In this document: in pieces, positions 40,721-54,564 of the stretch
How the letters are laid out: each line of letters opens with the position of its first letter
Position numbering within the stretch: the first letter of the stretch is position 1
The notes under the pieces: generated by a model
Seen by the model: only the letters and a program-made list of their open reading frames with translations
Databases searched by the model: none
Told to the model about the DNA's origin: nothing
Made by a program: the position numbers and the translations under genes
Assembly: GCA_000165425.1 (NCBI GenBank)
Contig: CT868010.1
Location: 186,001-250,000, forward strand
DNA: 64,000 nt
Source of the DNA: Paramecium tetraurelia
Lineage: Eukaryota
Direction: 5' to 3'

Positions 40721-40814
40721 AATATTATTATGTGTATTTAATTTTATATCAAAACCATCCTTGAAATATAATAAATCTTAGACTTTTATAAAAGAAAATT
40801 TTGATGAATTTCAA

Positions 40815-41855
40815 ATGAGAAATGAAATCGATTATTAATATAATTTCAAGATGCTACAAAAAGAACAACAAGACAAATTTAAAGAATTCCTTGAGAAAAG
40901 AAATAAGGGAAAACTCTACTCCAAATATAAAAAGATAGAAACTGAAGCAAAGATATGTGATCTAGTATTTGATGACCAAAATTTAATTGCAGCACATGAT
41001 GTAGACATTGCAATTTATCATATTGATTAAAAAAATCAACTTTAGTCAGAATTAATTGAAAATCTACATTCCTATTTGATATACTCTATATGTTTCAGCA
41101 AATCAAGCAATATGTTTTTTACAGCAGGATATGAAAAGGAGATAAAATTATGGTAAAAATATGATAATCAATGGAAATGTGTATAAATACTAAATGGTCA
41201 TAAAGACTCTGTTATAGTTTTGCTGTTGAACAAAGATGAAAATTAGTTGTTCTCTAGAAGTAGAGATAAAACGATTAAAATATGGCAGAAACAAGATGAG
41301 ATCTGGAGTTGTATTTAAACAATACATGCCCCTTCTGGAATTATCGATTCTTTATGCGTAAGTCCATAAGGAAACGCACTATCTTTTGGATGTAAAAATA
41401 ATTTATTTATTTGGTACAACACAAATTTCAATAAGTGGAGAAAGTATTAAGCAATAATATCTGCTCATACCTAATTAATAGAATCTGTTTGTTTTATGTC
41501 GGATGATGCATAAATTGCTTCAGGGGCAAATGATATAAAATTATGGAAGAAATGTGCAGTAAATCAATAGTATAGATTGACTCAAATAATTTCCACTTTG
41601 GGTAATGTCTCAATAATGGAGTATAACAACTTTAACTCACTCTTGATAGCCGTAACCAATAAAAAGTTTGTTTAAATCTGGAAGGCAGAGGATGATTCCA
41701 TCTTTTCGCCTTAATAAACAATTCAAGTTGAGAAATCGGATATTTTTTATGAGGAAACTCAATTTTATGAGGTTGTTACTATGTCTCAAAATGGATAATT
41801 CTTAGCATTAAAAGATAATTACAACGACTATGTTGATATTTGGAAATTGAATTGA
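40815..41855 (+). CDS. WD40-repeat protein
   Basis: TAGYEKEIKLW, GHKDSVIVL...SRDKTIKIW, AHTQLIESVCF...ASGANDIKLW; start codon uncertain. Confidence 0.85.
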
Positions 41856-41982
41856 TATAAATTAAATATTATATTAGATGGTTGTTTAATATTTATATAG
41901 TTAATTAATAATAATAGTGTTAATAATTATACTGATGGTTTCTGATAAGAGAACACATCTCTTTCCTTCGACTCTTGTTTTC

Positions 41983-42089
41983 ATTGGTTGATCCTGACTC
42001 AAAATGAGTAAATCATTCGAATTTTGGATAAGATTTCTTGGACTTTCAAAAAATACAATGTTTCAAACAAATATTCTTAGTCAACCAAT
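41983..42089. promoter_or_regulatory. Inverted pair of TCAACCAAT (CCAAT-box) motifs upstream of histone H3
   Basis: ATTGGTTGA at 41983-41991 and TCAACCAAT at 42081-42089. Confidence 0.4.
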
Positions 42090-42169
42090 CATAATACAGA
42101 ATTAATATTTTAATAAACTTAAAACCCCCTCGATATAAATTCAAAAATTAAATTAAACAATCAAATAAA

Positions 42170-42592
<423 letters not shown>

Positions 42593-42844
42593 TCAATTAA
42601 TATTATATTCAATTAAATGTGTTTCATCTCTTAAAAGCAACATATTCTCTTTATTTTTTTTAGAAATCTAGAAATTTAGAAATTTTTTATTATAATTCTG
42701 AATTGGGATTTTAATATATGATTGAGTATATTTTAAAATGAGTTTGATTAGGATTTTTGGAATTATTTTAATTTATTTCCTAAATCTATCAGGATGCCAT
42801 TTGCGCATTAAATTTTACAATATAAACTATAATTTTAATACTTT

Positions 42845-43563
42845 ATGAAAAAACTTGATTAAATTATTAAAGGCTTAAACAAAACTGAAGGAAGGGATAG
42901 AGTTTGTAAAACACTTTAATATGGGGCGAGGTTTTTATCTTGGTACTTCGAAAAATATAGCGAGCTCGATAAAGCAACATAATTTAATAATTTATTTAGT
43001 ATGAATGAATATCAAATAATAAGTGGCGATTAGAGAAGCTAGAAAAATATTTAGATTAGCTAAAACTTTAAATGAAATTTAATTTATCATAGAAATGATC
43101 AAAGAAAATTCAGAAAATCTAAATCAGATAACAAGAATATTAAAAATATTTGCGAGAATCTGGTATTCACTATTTTGGTATCATATCTCAATCTACTAGG
43201 CTTTTCGATAATCTAAGCATCCTGGCAAAAATTTAGATAATTAATTCTAACCAAAAGGTCTTAAATAAAATTGCAATGACTTTTTGGACCATTGGAATAC
43301 TTACAAATCTCTTTGAAATATTGAGAGATTTAATTGGAAATTTTTCATCATTGAAGAAATATTCGAAATCTGCTGAATACAAGGAAATACATAGGAGAAT
43401 CAATACGAATTGCTTGAATCTTATAAAAAATTTCTGTGATTTAATTCCAGCAGGGACAGGCAGTGAGTTTTTCTAAAAGATTTTTGCCTCTCATCCAAAT
43501 CATGGAGTTGTTGGATTTGCAGGATTTTTAGCAGGTGCGATATCAACATATCAAACCTTTTGA
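42845..43563 (+). CDS. PEX11: Peroxisomal biogenesis factor 11
   Basis: LNKTEGRDRVCKTLQYGARF, ARKIFRLAK, NLIKNFCDLIPA, VGFAGFLAGAISTYQ; two introns. Confidence 0.9.
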
Positions 43564-43591
43564 AATAAAGTTAATTAATTATTTTATATTA

Positions 43592-45376
43592 ATGAATAAT
43601 TATCCTTAAAGTGGAAATTTTTAGGTTTTTCCTATTCCAGAGAACATTAAAATCTTACAAAATTTTAAGAGATGGAGGAGAACTGGCGAAAATCTGAATG
43701 GAGCTATAATGATTGGCTTACTGGAGCATTTTCAAATCAATAGTCAATCTGAAAAAATATAACAAATGATAAATAATATGCAAAGCGCCTCAGATGAACA
43801 GATCATAAAAATGAGAAATATATTAAACAACTCATTGCAATATTCGAAAGGACAATAACAATAAGATTATTTAATAGATTAACTAAAATAATAGGACCCT
43901 TTTAATATTTTCCCAAGTAAATTCATTTTGGAATACCTTAAAAGAGTAAAAGGACATGTTTCTGATGAAGCAGTCATACCAGTTTTAAAAACTCATTTTT
44001 AGGTTAACATACTAGTCATCAACGACGATTATGAAAAAAAGGCTTATACAATATTAGATCCAAAGGACAGGGATCAAATAATTTTATGCAATTTTGATAG
44101 ATATTATTATGTGATACAAAAAGAGCCTGGTCCTTAGTTATATAAGTGCCAATTCTGTTAAAAGCAAATCTCTGAGGACTATCATAAAATGAAATGCAAT
44201 CAAATTATTTGCTATTAATGCTTAAAGAAATTTTTTGAAAAAGGTAATAGCATTGTGCAATGTAAGGAGAAAAACTGCACTTAATCAATAACATTAAAGG
44301 AATTTCAAAATATCTAGAATAAACAGAAAGAAATGGAGAAATCCTAAATAAATTAATCAAACATATAAAAAACTGAAGAAAGTTAGTAATATTACAAAAC
44401 ATATTGTAATAAATGCAAAAATAGAATGAGTCAGGAGAGCTTGCTTTTACCTTTGGGTTGCTCTCATAGCTTTTGCAAAAGTTGTCTGTAACAATGCTTC
44501 AGTTTGCTTCCAAGCGGAATCGTTACATGTATCTAAACAAGCTGCAAAGGAAAATTCATTCAAAAAGATTTGGATTCTTTTATCAAAGGTTAGAGTTTTA
44601 AACCAATAGAACCACCACCAACATAAATAAATAAAAATTAAACCTAAAACATGAGTTAATATATAACTCCATTAGGTAATTAAGAACCGGTTTATTAATG
44701 CGAGGGCTGCTTTAAGGATTATTAGTAATCATCTATTTATACATCTGAATGCTTACACAAGTTTTGTAAAATATGTTGTGATAAGGAGATTTCCAAAAAC
44801 ATCAGTTGCTTTTAATGTTACAAAGTAAATTGTGGGTATAAGTTAAAGATTGAAGATATTTAAAAATACTTTTATAAAAAAATTAAAGGCAAGACTTTTG
44901 GTGAATGCGCTAATTGTAAATAGGAATGCAAGATTTTTGAGTCCTTTCAAAATAGCTGTTATCATTTAATTTGTTATAGTTGTGTCAAATAGATTTACAC
45001 AGAGGGCCTTAATCCACAATGTAGGTAATGCAAAGCTTCGATCATTTCAAATGATTTAGACGATTACTATCTACCACAAGCTTCATAAGAAATTCAATAA
45101 TTCGAGACTATTGAAACCAATATCAAACCAGCTTCTTGTACATTTTGCAATTCTCCTTTTACGGATTACAATTTATAACAAGACATACCTTGTTCACTTC
45201 ATACTCTAGGATCTTGTTGTGTGATATTTCCATCAAACTGTCCATAGTGTCAAATTGGTTCTTTGATTATTGAGAAATGTAATTTGCATATTAATTTTTT
45301 AGAAAAACTAAAATTTTATTTATTGCAAAATACTATGGATAGATTTTATTTTGCCTCTGAGAGCTCGATTAAATGA
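43592..45376 (+). CDS. Protein with five tandem RING-like zinc fingers and a degenerate OTU-like N-terminus
   Basis: CNKC...CSHSFCKSC...C, CEGC...CLHKFCKIC, CANC...CYHLICYSC...CRQC and two more Cys clusters; TGA 45374-45376. Confidence 0.8.
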
Positions 45377-45850
45377 AGAATTCTTTGTTATTATCATCAT
45401 TTATTTTTATTAATTTATATCATTAAAAATAGTCAGCAATGAAATTTATTGATGTTCTAGCCTACATTAGAATTGGGTATTAGATAAATAAACCCAATTT
45501 GAGAATTTAAGATTGGAGATCCAAATTGTAATTTAGATAGAAATACATTTATTATATTAATTAATAAATTTCATAATATAACTAACAATATTTTTTACAT
45601 AAATACAATCTTTCATTGTCTATTATTTCACATTTTTTTATTTCAAAGCCTAATAGTTAAAGTCAGGAATTGATTTAATTCACTGCCATATATGTTGTAA
45701 GCATATTAGAAAACATATAAATGATTTTAAATGATAAAATATTAAAGAATTTATATTTTGTAAAAATGCACAAAATAAAAGAGAACCAATTGATTTGATG
45801 CAAAAATAAATTATCTACACTTAATAATTATTATTATCAAAAAATAAAAA

Positions 45851-45918
45851 GGGATTGGAAAGAGTCGAACTTTCTTATTCTTTATGAGGACTAATGAATG
45901 CCACCTTGGCACAATCCC
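45851..45918 (-). ncRNA. tRNA-like element, copy 1 (68 nt)
   Basis: GGGATTG TGCCA-AGG-TGGCA TTCATTAGTCCTCATAAAGAATAA GAAAG-TTCGACT-CTTTC CAATCCC then TTTTT. Confidence 0.75.
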
Positions 45919-46653
45919 TTTGTTCTGATTTAAATTCTCTTTCAAGTGTTTAAATACATTTTTGTAAACAATTCTCTCTCATTATCCACTCCAACAAAAG
46001 TAAACGCCGATAATTATGCGTGCCTTTGTATTACTAAAACTTTATTTACTATTTTATTCACTAAATGTTGTTTGATGCATTTAAAGTATCCATCATACAA
46101 TTATTTATTGATCATGTTATAAATTGATAATCTGTATATTATATTGATTTTAAGCTATCAACCTAAAGTATTTGTGTTGTTGAGAGTTTTTTCAGTTGAT
46201 GAGGACGAGAAAACTGTTGACACAAGTTGTAATAAAAAAAATTGGAAATAATTTATTTTTCTGGTTTCTTCTGATCAGGGAAAATTTATTAATAAATATC
46301 AAATGATTGGCCTAAAAGGAGAAAATCAAGGCTGAATCTGGTAATTATGGAAGGAAAGAATGATGACATTGCATTGTTTATGGTTCTATAATTTTTTAGA
46401 GTAGTCAGATAAATTCGATAATGTTTATATCTTAAGAATTGAAGGGTTATAACTTATAGTATACTATCATGGTATAGACTAATAGGATTATTACAAGAGT
46501 TATTAAAAGAAGGTGGGAGCATGATTTATAAAAATATGTTTTGTTTTGAGTTAAAAAATCAATTTTATTGCTTGAATACTCGAATATCTTAAATATCTAA
46601 TTAAGATATAAAGGATTATCGAGGGTAATTAATCATTTGGAGCAAAATAAAAA

Positions 46654-46722
46654 GGGGTCGGAAAGAGTTGAACTTTCTTTTTTATTCTTTGGACTAATAA
46701 ATGCCACCGCTGGCACAACCCC
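46654..46722 (-). ncRNA. tRNA-like element, copy 2 (69 nt)
   Basis: GGGGTTG TGCCA-GCGG-TGGCA TTTATTAGTCCAAAGAATAAAAAA GAAAG-TTCAACT-CTTTC CGACCCC then TTTTT. Confidence 0.75.
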
Positions 46723-46877
46723 TCAATATCCTGTTAAAGAAGTAAGAAATGAGTATATATAGTTTTGTTGTTATGTTGCAAAAGAGAAGCGAAATAGAAG
46801 AGCTTATAAGGTAAGGATGAGATGGGGGGGTGACAGAATAAGTATTGGAAGGTGTAATTTATAATAATAATATTGTG

Positions 46878-49362
46878 ATGATAAAAGATGATAATTATGA
46901 AAGGGAATTTGAGTTAAAAGAGTTGGAAATTGAGACAAGGAACGCAGTTCAAGTAGATTTATAAGATTTAGCTAGTTTCAAGACCTGCTAAATGGTTGTG
47001 TAGCTCATAATCTGACGAAGAGAAAAGAGCTTTTTGAGTCATTTGAAGTTGAGGTGGAGGAGAAGGTTCCGGTTTTATAAGACTTGGATTCGGTTCGAGT
47101 GATGACGGAGTAGATGCAGACGATGCAAAAGAATCTATAGAGTAAGTACACTTTGATAAAGAGAACGAAATTGCTGTTTGAAAAGAGGGTAAATTAGTTA
47201 AGGGAAACTTTGATGAATATTCGAGTGAAGGATTTCGAAGTGAATGATGATTCAGTAATAAAGGAATTGCATTAAGCGAATAAGAGGATGTTGGAGTTTT
47301 AGTAATTGTCGGAGAAATTCAGAAAAAACTAACTGAAGCGCTAGGAGATGCAATAGAAGGAGTTGGAGCATGAATAGGAGTAGCTTCGAAAGTAGTAACA
47401 ACATATCTTGGAATTGAGAATGGAGAATTAGAAGTTACTAGATAAAATATAGTAATTGGATTTAGAGGAATAAGAAAAAAGAAGGAGATTGCATGAATGT
47501 TTTTAGACAAGTGAGTACATTGAGTTTTTTACTGAGGTGCAAATGTTATAATAAGACAAGGAGGTTTCGACAAACTCGAATGATCAATCTAGATAATTAG
47601 GCAGAGATAAATAATCGACGAGACATGAGATAGTGACGATGATGGATGAATTTTATAATAACTAAAACATCCATCAATTGAGTGAAGAGATAAAGGAGTT
47701 TTACAGATCCATGGTTGAGTAATTGAAGGTTCAAACCCAAACATACAATGCTTTGATTGAAGAGAAAGCTCTGAGGAAGTTACAGTTAGAAGAGGTGGTT
47801 GAGGAGATTAACAGATTGAAAGAATATAATTGTAATACATCTCAGCAAGATATAAGTGTGATCAATTAGGATGGTTCGATTACTGCAACCAACATGGAAG
47901 TGCCCTAAGTGATCCACGATAATAATCAATTAAGTAACTATGTGAAACAAAATCAAATGTGTTTATTAACCATCCATATGAAGGCCATTGATATGATTTC
48001 AAGACTTTGTATTGGATTGATCTGGTTGAGTGAGACATCCAAAATGGTGCCAAAATCTCTGGACAATCTATGCTCCAATTATCTGAAGGGACACTCTAAA
48101 GCGGAAATTAAATTATTTATACCCAAGAAATACATGGGCAATCCAAAACCTTAGAAATATGGCTCATTTATATCCATTATCAATAGAAACAAGAATGAAA
48201 TCAGTCCGAAAGGCAGCAGCACTAATATTATGACAACAACCATGAACAATTAAGATAAAACGTTTGAGAATGAATAGTTGATTCAGTGTTTGGCTAGATT
48301 TAAGCAATTGAAGAATGGATACGAATAGATCTAGCTTACTTGGATGGCACTGGTTAAGAATGATTTATTAACCTATAAATTTGTTAAGGATTTCAACTTT
48401 GACTAGATTGAGATCAATCAGCCTGTTTAAGATATTATACTACAATTGCATATTGTTTATGCTGAATTGATTTCCAAGATCAATTACTTCCAACATTATG
48501 AATACTAATTTGCATATTTCAGAGACATCGTGAAGATGGCGAATCAATCCAAATAAAAGATCAAAACCAATATCTTTAATAACAGTCATAAACTATGTGA
48601 TTCTACCCATTTGAGTAGTAGTTACACTCCGAATAAATACATTGAAACAACTTACAAGGGACAATTGAAAAGATTAACCAATCCTCAATTAGAGGAAGAT
48701 GAACCTTTATATACCCAAGACAATGTGAAGAAGATCTAAAAAACTAGTGATGAAACCAAATTCCATTAATTTTTTATCTAACAATCCAGCATTATCTAAC
48801 GTAAATCTCCATTATTGCATGAAAAACTCATATCTTAAACCTTATAAACCATTGATTAGATGCGCAAAAAGGAATTAGATGACAATTACCAAACCTCAGA
48901 TTAAGCTGCTTCAGACAACGATTATCTCAATTAAGAACGTAGAAATCTTAAAGGCATGCTGAGCAAGAAAATCCAATAATAACAATAATATATATCAAAA
49001 TCAGAAGAAAAGGATCTCATCTCATCAAGATCAATAATGAAGTAGGTTAGTCTGTTATCCAAAATTTCACATTGTAATTTATTTAAAATATTATAGTATC
49101 TAGAGTGAATTCCAATTAGAACTATACCCAAGTCAATAAGTCCATTCAGAGATTGAATTAAACGGTTCAAAAGAAAATGTCTGAATACTTTACTTAAGAT
49201 TAGAATTACTAGGAGAATAGGATAAGGTATCCACCTATTGAGAAGAAGGTATCATCTCGCTCTCCAGAATAAAAAAAAAAATCAATCATCGACACTTTTC
49301 ATAAGGATCTTTCTTCAATGATCATGAACTCTACCTCAAATGGTCGATCATTCCTGGCCTGA
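46878..49362 (+). CDS. Large coiled-coil hypothetical protein; 5' end uncertain
   Basis: MIKDDNYEREFELKELEIETRNAVQ|FQDLLNG... long code-6 frame with micro-introns; TGA 49360-49362. Confidence 0.7.
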
Positions 49363-49547
49363 TGAAAAAATAGTTAAATAATATATCTAAATCCAGAATA
49401 TTAATTTCATATTATAAATCTTTCAAATAATCTATGGATTATAAGTTAATTAATGTAATAAAGCATTTTTTTTATGATTAATTTAAAAGAATTTGATTAA
49501 CATTATTTGATATTTTGGATAAAATTAATTTAATATTATTATTACTT

Positions 49548-52500
49548 TCAACTTTCTTCTTGTACAATCTTTATTTATTATTTGTTCTTCTTCTTCTCCA
49601 AATTTTCAATAAACTTTGCGATTCTCTATTTTAGTTCAGGTTACTCTATAACCATCTCAATTGTTAACGGAGTTCTATCGAATGGGTCTACCTATTGATT
49701 TAATAACTATTTCTTTATTGTTAACCTATCAAGGACTACCTAAAATTGAATTAACTTAACAATTACATTGGAATGTGGCAATTTAACTGGATCAGTCATT
49801 AAGGAATAGCAAAGAGGATCTAAAAACTCATCAGGGACATCATCAGGCAATTAATTGATGATCTTTTATTTCTCTTCATATTCTTAGAGCTTAAAAATCA
49901 AGTCTCTAAACTATTAAATTCGTTCATATGGTATTATATGGTGTTTGTCTAATAAATTGATGGTCACTTGGAACAATTCAATAGAAAAGCACCTATATTT
50001 AAAATAAATTATAACCTGTCATCCTTAACAACTTGCATCAAAAATTTCTCATTTTGACTGAAATTGATATACAATTCTATGACATTTCCCATAATTAATT
50101 TTGGATCAAAATTGACGGATTCTAAAGATTGGATTTTATATTGAATAGCCTATTTACCATTCAATTGCTCCAAGGTGTAATTTAGATTGTTAGCTAATTT
50201 GTCTCTAATTTCATCAGTCAAAAATGCCTCAGGTTGGACTTCACTGAAAACTTAAATGTTTTTGTAGTATTCCTATAAGAAAATAGTGTAGGTTTTTAAT
50301 TCTTATTAGATTTTTAAGTATTCTTATTTATTATCCATAAACTCTTGTTAATTTGATTCTAAATTTTTCATTCTCTTCATTCTTGTTAGACACTCATCCA
50401 ATAAGAAAATCATATCATTTAAATAGTAATTGGCAAAGGCCAAAAACATTTCCTTTTCTTTTTCAACAGTTTAAGTTAACAATGAATTATACCTATCCCT
50501 GTGTTTCTCGAGTAGAAATCTAATCAACTTACAAAATTGGTATCTGAAGTTAAACTTCTCATAGAACTAATTACCCTCACCTGTTCTTTCACAATCAATG
50601 AATACCTTTAATATTCCACCAATCATGTGTTTTTCAATGATCTCATTGTACCTAAAAATAAAATCATAAGATTGAGGTTGCACTATTCCTCTTCTGTTCA
50701 TTCTGCCTTGGTCGAAAATATGGAACAGTTCAATGCCTTTTATTCTTAGATGGGGATTGGTCATATTTCTAGTATTCATAGCAAAAATGGCAAATTCACA
50801 ACATTTCCCTAATTCATTTGAATGCTTAAGGATTTCATCATTATAATTGTACACGACAAAGAATGAGTGAGTATCATAAACAAAACTAGACGGTAATAAA
50901 CCATAAGGATATTTTGGCTTATCATTTTCATCCACCATGCTCAGTGCCAATTGGCTTGAAAAACTTAGGAATTGCATTGTATTTGTAATAGTCTTGGGAT
51001 GCAAGATTTAAGCATCAAATGACATTTTTAATTTCAAGATATCTCTAAATTAAGGAGACTCTTGACCATACTATTGGGCAATGTCTCTCAATTTGCTTAA
51101 GACTCTATTGTAATAAAATTAATCGATGTTAGTGGCTACAATGTGATTGATTCTTTAACTGAGCAAAAACATTATAGTCATGGGATCCATTCTAGTCTCA
51201 AGTTCTTAAAGTTCTTGGAGTGGTGTCAAGTCTGGGGCAAGTAAATCAATATTCTAGTAGAGGGTGGAAAATAGGGGATGCTCCTTTAGAACAATGATCA
51301 TTTAGGTTTAGATGTTTTTGATTCTCGAATTTATTTTGTCTTGGGTATCAATCCAGGGATTAAACATTTTAAGTAAAACATAATGTAAATTAAACACCAT
51401 TCCAGGAGAGCTACATTGTTATTGCAATCCCTGATTGAATTACTTCTCTAAGTTGAGATTCAGAGTAATGATAGTTGATATGAAATTGTAAAAATTCATC
51501 TTAAGTACATTTGATTTGTGTTTCAATATCCTAGTGAATAGATTGCAAACATCATCATTTAAATTGAATATCCTTGTTCTGTACCTATCTCTCAATATTG
51601 TCATTGAACTGTAATCTCCAGTAAACTTATTGACTATCATAGAATCAGTGTAGAAACAACTTCCACTTAGGATTTTCCCAATAATACTGTAATTTTAGAA
51701 TTGCTTACCAATTTAAATTAACTTGAATTTTCCAAAGGCCCAACTGTTCAATAAAATGACTTCGATGACGTTTGGATATTCTGCTATTATTAATAATAAC
51801 TTCAAGGTCTTTTATGGCTAATCCAATGAATCCAGAGTCCAATTCGCATTAAGTTCTAGCTCTCTCTTAAACATCAGATCCATAAATTTTTGAACATCAT
51901 CAGCACTGACTTTTGAATTCAAATACTCTAGTAAATTGCTCACAACCTATTAGCAAAACAATAATTGGTTTGAATTGAATATTCTATCATAAAAATTAGT
52001 TGCTCTCAAATTTCTTTTATCATCCATTCTATTTGAATCCTCGTCAAACTTCTCCCATTCCAACCCTTCTGGATAGAGAATGCAAGTTATTAATTGTCCT
52101 TACACATAATTGAGAATCTCGAAATACTTGGTTTTCTCAATATTCCCAGCCCAAACTAAATTGACTTGATCTGAATGATCTGAAATTGAAACATCTGTAA
52201 TATTGGTGAGAACTTCCATTATATACTCAAACTTCTCTTGCTCTTTAAATTAGGCGCATGTCAAAAATGAATAGCATAATTCGTCAATCAAATATTGTAC
52301 AGTGATGCGTTTATCTTTAGGAATAAAGTCAACCATTCTGTCATTCATAACCTGATTATTTGAGTCAATTTTAAATATTTTCGAAAGCCAGACATGCTCC
52401 ACTTCTTCAGGAGTTAATTGAATCATTTCATTTTAAGGCTCTTTCACTTGATTTTCGAAATATTATTCAATTTATTCATCCTACACCTATTATTATATTA

Positions 52501-52798
52501 TTTCTTATTTAATGAATTGCTAAGAACTACTTTAATCGTGATTAATTAATTCCTCTTTCTCCTCGATTTCATTCACTTTCTAGTATTGGTGTTGCTATTG
52601 TTAAACTTATTATTAAGAGGATGTTTCCTTTTGATTCATCGATTCCTCCTCATTTACATTAGATTGTATATTTTTCTCAGCTTCCTTCTACTTACTAGCC
52701 CAATATTTTAACGCTCTCTCTTCTGAGCTAAGTTATGGTTAAGATGGTTGTTCTCGCTACTACTACTATTATTGCTAGGCAGATTAAGATTACCCCAT
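49548..52798 (-). CDS. UFD2: U-box E4 ubiquitin ligase Ufd2/UBE4
   Basis: TNPHLRIKGIE, VFIDCERTGEGNQFYEKFNFRY, FANYYLNDMIFLLDE, U-box DVPDEFLDPLCYSLMTDPVKLP...DPFDRTPLT. Confidence 0.95.
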
Positions 52799-53330
52799 TA
52801 ATTATTTATAAAAATTATCAAGTTATTACTCTACATATAAATACTATAGGAATTTAGAAATTAAAATTAAATCAGCAGATAACTTAATACTGTAGGCAGA
52901 TGCACATAAGAATAATAATACTCAAAATAAGATCATTTAAGAAATCTTAAGTGAATAGAACTTTATAATTCTTAAATACTTTAAAATTTGATACACCTTA
53001 ATTAACCTTTTGAAATTCTTAATTAGTTATATCATTCCATTCTCAGAGAATCTAAAATCCACGTTACCCTCTTATATCTAATTGTTGAATTATCTTAAGA
53101 ATAATCTAAATTATTATATTTGTTCTGTCATTCTTCTATTATTGTATAGTATTTTGAATGAATAAAAATGAATACGTATTTTTATTGAATTTGTAAAAAA
53201 GTCAAATACACTTATTATTCATCATAAAATTAATTAATTATGTTTAATTAATCTTCCTTATACTCAATAAAATATTTTGCTTAAGAAAATAATTTTTATT
53301 GTTAAAATTAAACATATATAAACATTTATT

Positions 53331-54532
53331 ATGCAATTTCATTTAAGGCATTCCTCTTTCATAGAGAGCTTTCTAACTCAGTTTGGTCCAGAGAAGTAAA
53401 ATTAAGTCATTGAATACTTGATCATCATGGGAATTGACTTAGCAAATAAAACTGGAACAAGAAACTCAAAGGAATTATACCAATTATTAAAACAACTTTC
53501 AAGTATTAATATTACATTATAAATCACAGAAAACATTCAAGAACAAACTTCAGGTGATATAAAAAACGAAATAAAAACAATTCAAAAATAATTGAGAGAC
53601 TTGAATGATCTAATCTAAATCTCCCAAAGAGAAAATAGAAATGTTCAGGGAACTCATAAAAAATATAAATAAGTGAATGAAAACAACTCAAATCGATATG
53701 AATAATATGAAAATAATCACCTTCATCCACCTGATTACTAAAACACTTATCACACATATAACACTCAGAGATCACAATCTAAATCTCCAGTCCATCATAA
53801 TGACCGTACTCCCCATAAATTAAAGCATTCGAGATCTCATTCCCAAAGAAACCTAACTCCTAAGATTACTGAATCACCTCCTCCTCCCTAAATTGTTTAC
53901 ATCAACAAAATGCACAACAAATTCGACATCAAACCCTAATTTGACGATCGACAAATGTATTATTTCAATAATTTCCTAGCAAAAAATTGATGTATGGAGA
54001 TCCCAAAAACTAAGACAGAGGTAGGTACTATGGTAAAAGTCCTTCGCCTCAATAACTAATTTATTCCTCTCAAACTAGTGGAGGTCTATCATATAGGCAG
54101 TATCCTGGGCAAGTCATTCATAATTAGGCAGACAAACAGAAATAGAATACTTCACCTAAGAAATTGCCTGCCTATTTACAGAATGTGGAATCTAAAATCA
54201 AGCCTTTGGTTGATTAGGATAAGCTCTAATATAAGGAGATTTAAAAAGATAGGGAGAATAATAATAATCATAATAATAAACAAGAAGGTACTGTAAAAAA
54301 ATTAAATAACAATTCCCTACAACAATAGAATAGTGCTGAAACTGATACATTCTTCGATATCCAACAATATATTTAGGATTAGAAAAAATACTAGTTTTCT
54401 CCGGTCTAAGAAATGAATGATGATGGGAGAAACGAAGATGAAGAAGCAAGTGACACTTTCTCTAATTTCAGTCCGCCAAATGAAGAGGTAAAGGAATTCT
54501 TTCAACAAGAATATCTTTAATAACGTAGATGA
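53331..54532 (+). CDS. Hypothetical Q/P/S-rich protein
   Basis: MQFHLRHSSFIESFLTQF...; ends FQSPPNEEVKEFFQQEYLQQRR*. Confidence 0.7.
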
Positions 54533-54564
54533 TATAAGATTATTGAATTTCTAATTATTTTTAT

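Noticed and set aside
41985..41996. TGGTTGATCCTG identical to the 18S rRNA 5' end; possible C/D snoRNA
   Set aside because: Only 12 nt, sense rather than antisense, no good box C; better explained as a CCAAT box plus chance.
45851..46722. Calling the tRNA-like pair tRNA-Sec, tRNA-Trp or tRNA-Met
   Set aside because: No long variable arm, a 7/5 rather than 9/4 fold, and the two copies share no anticodon in a properly paired stem.
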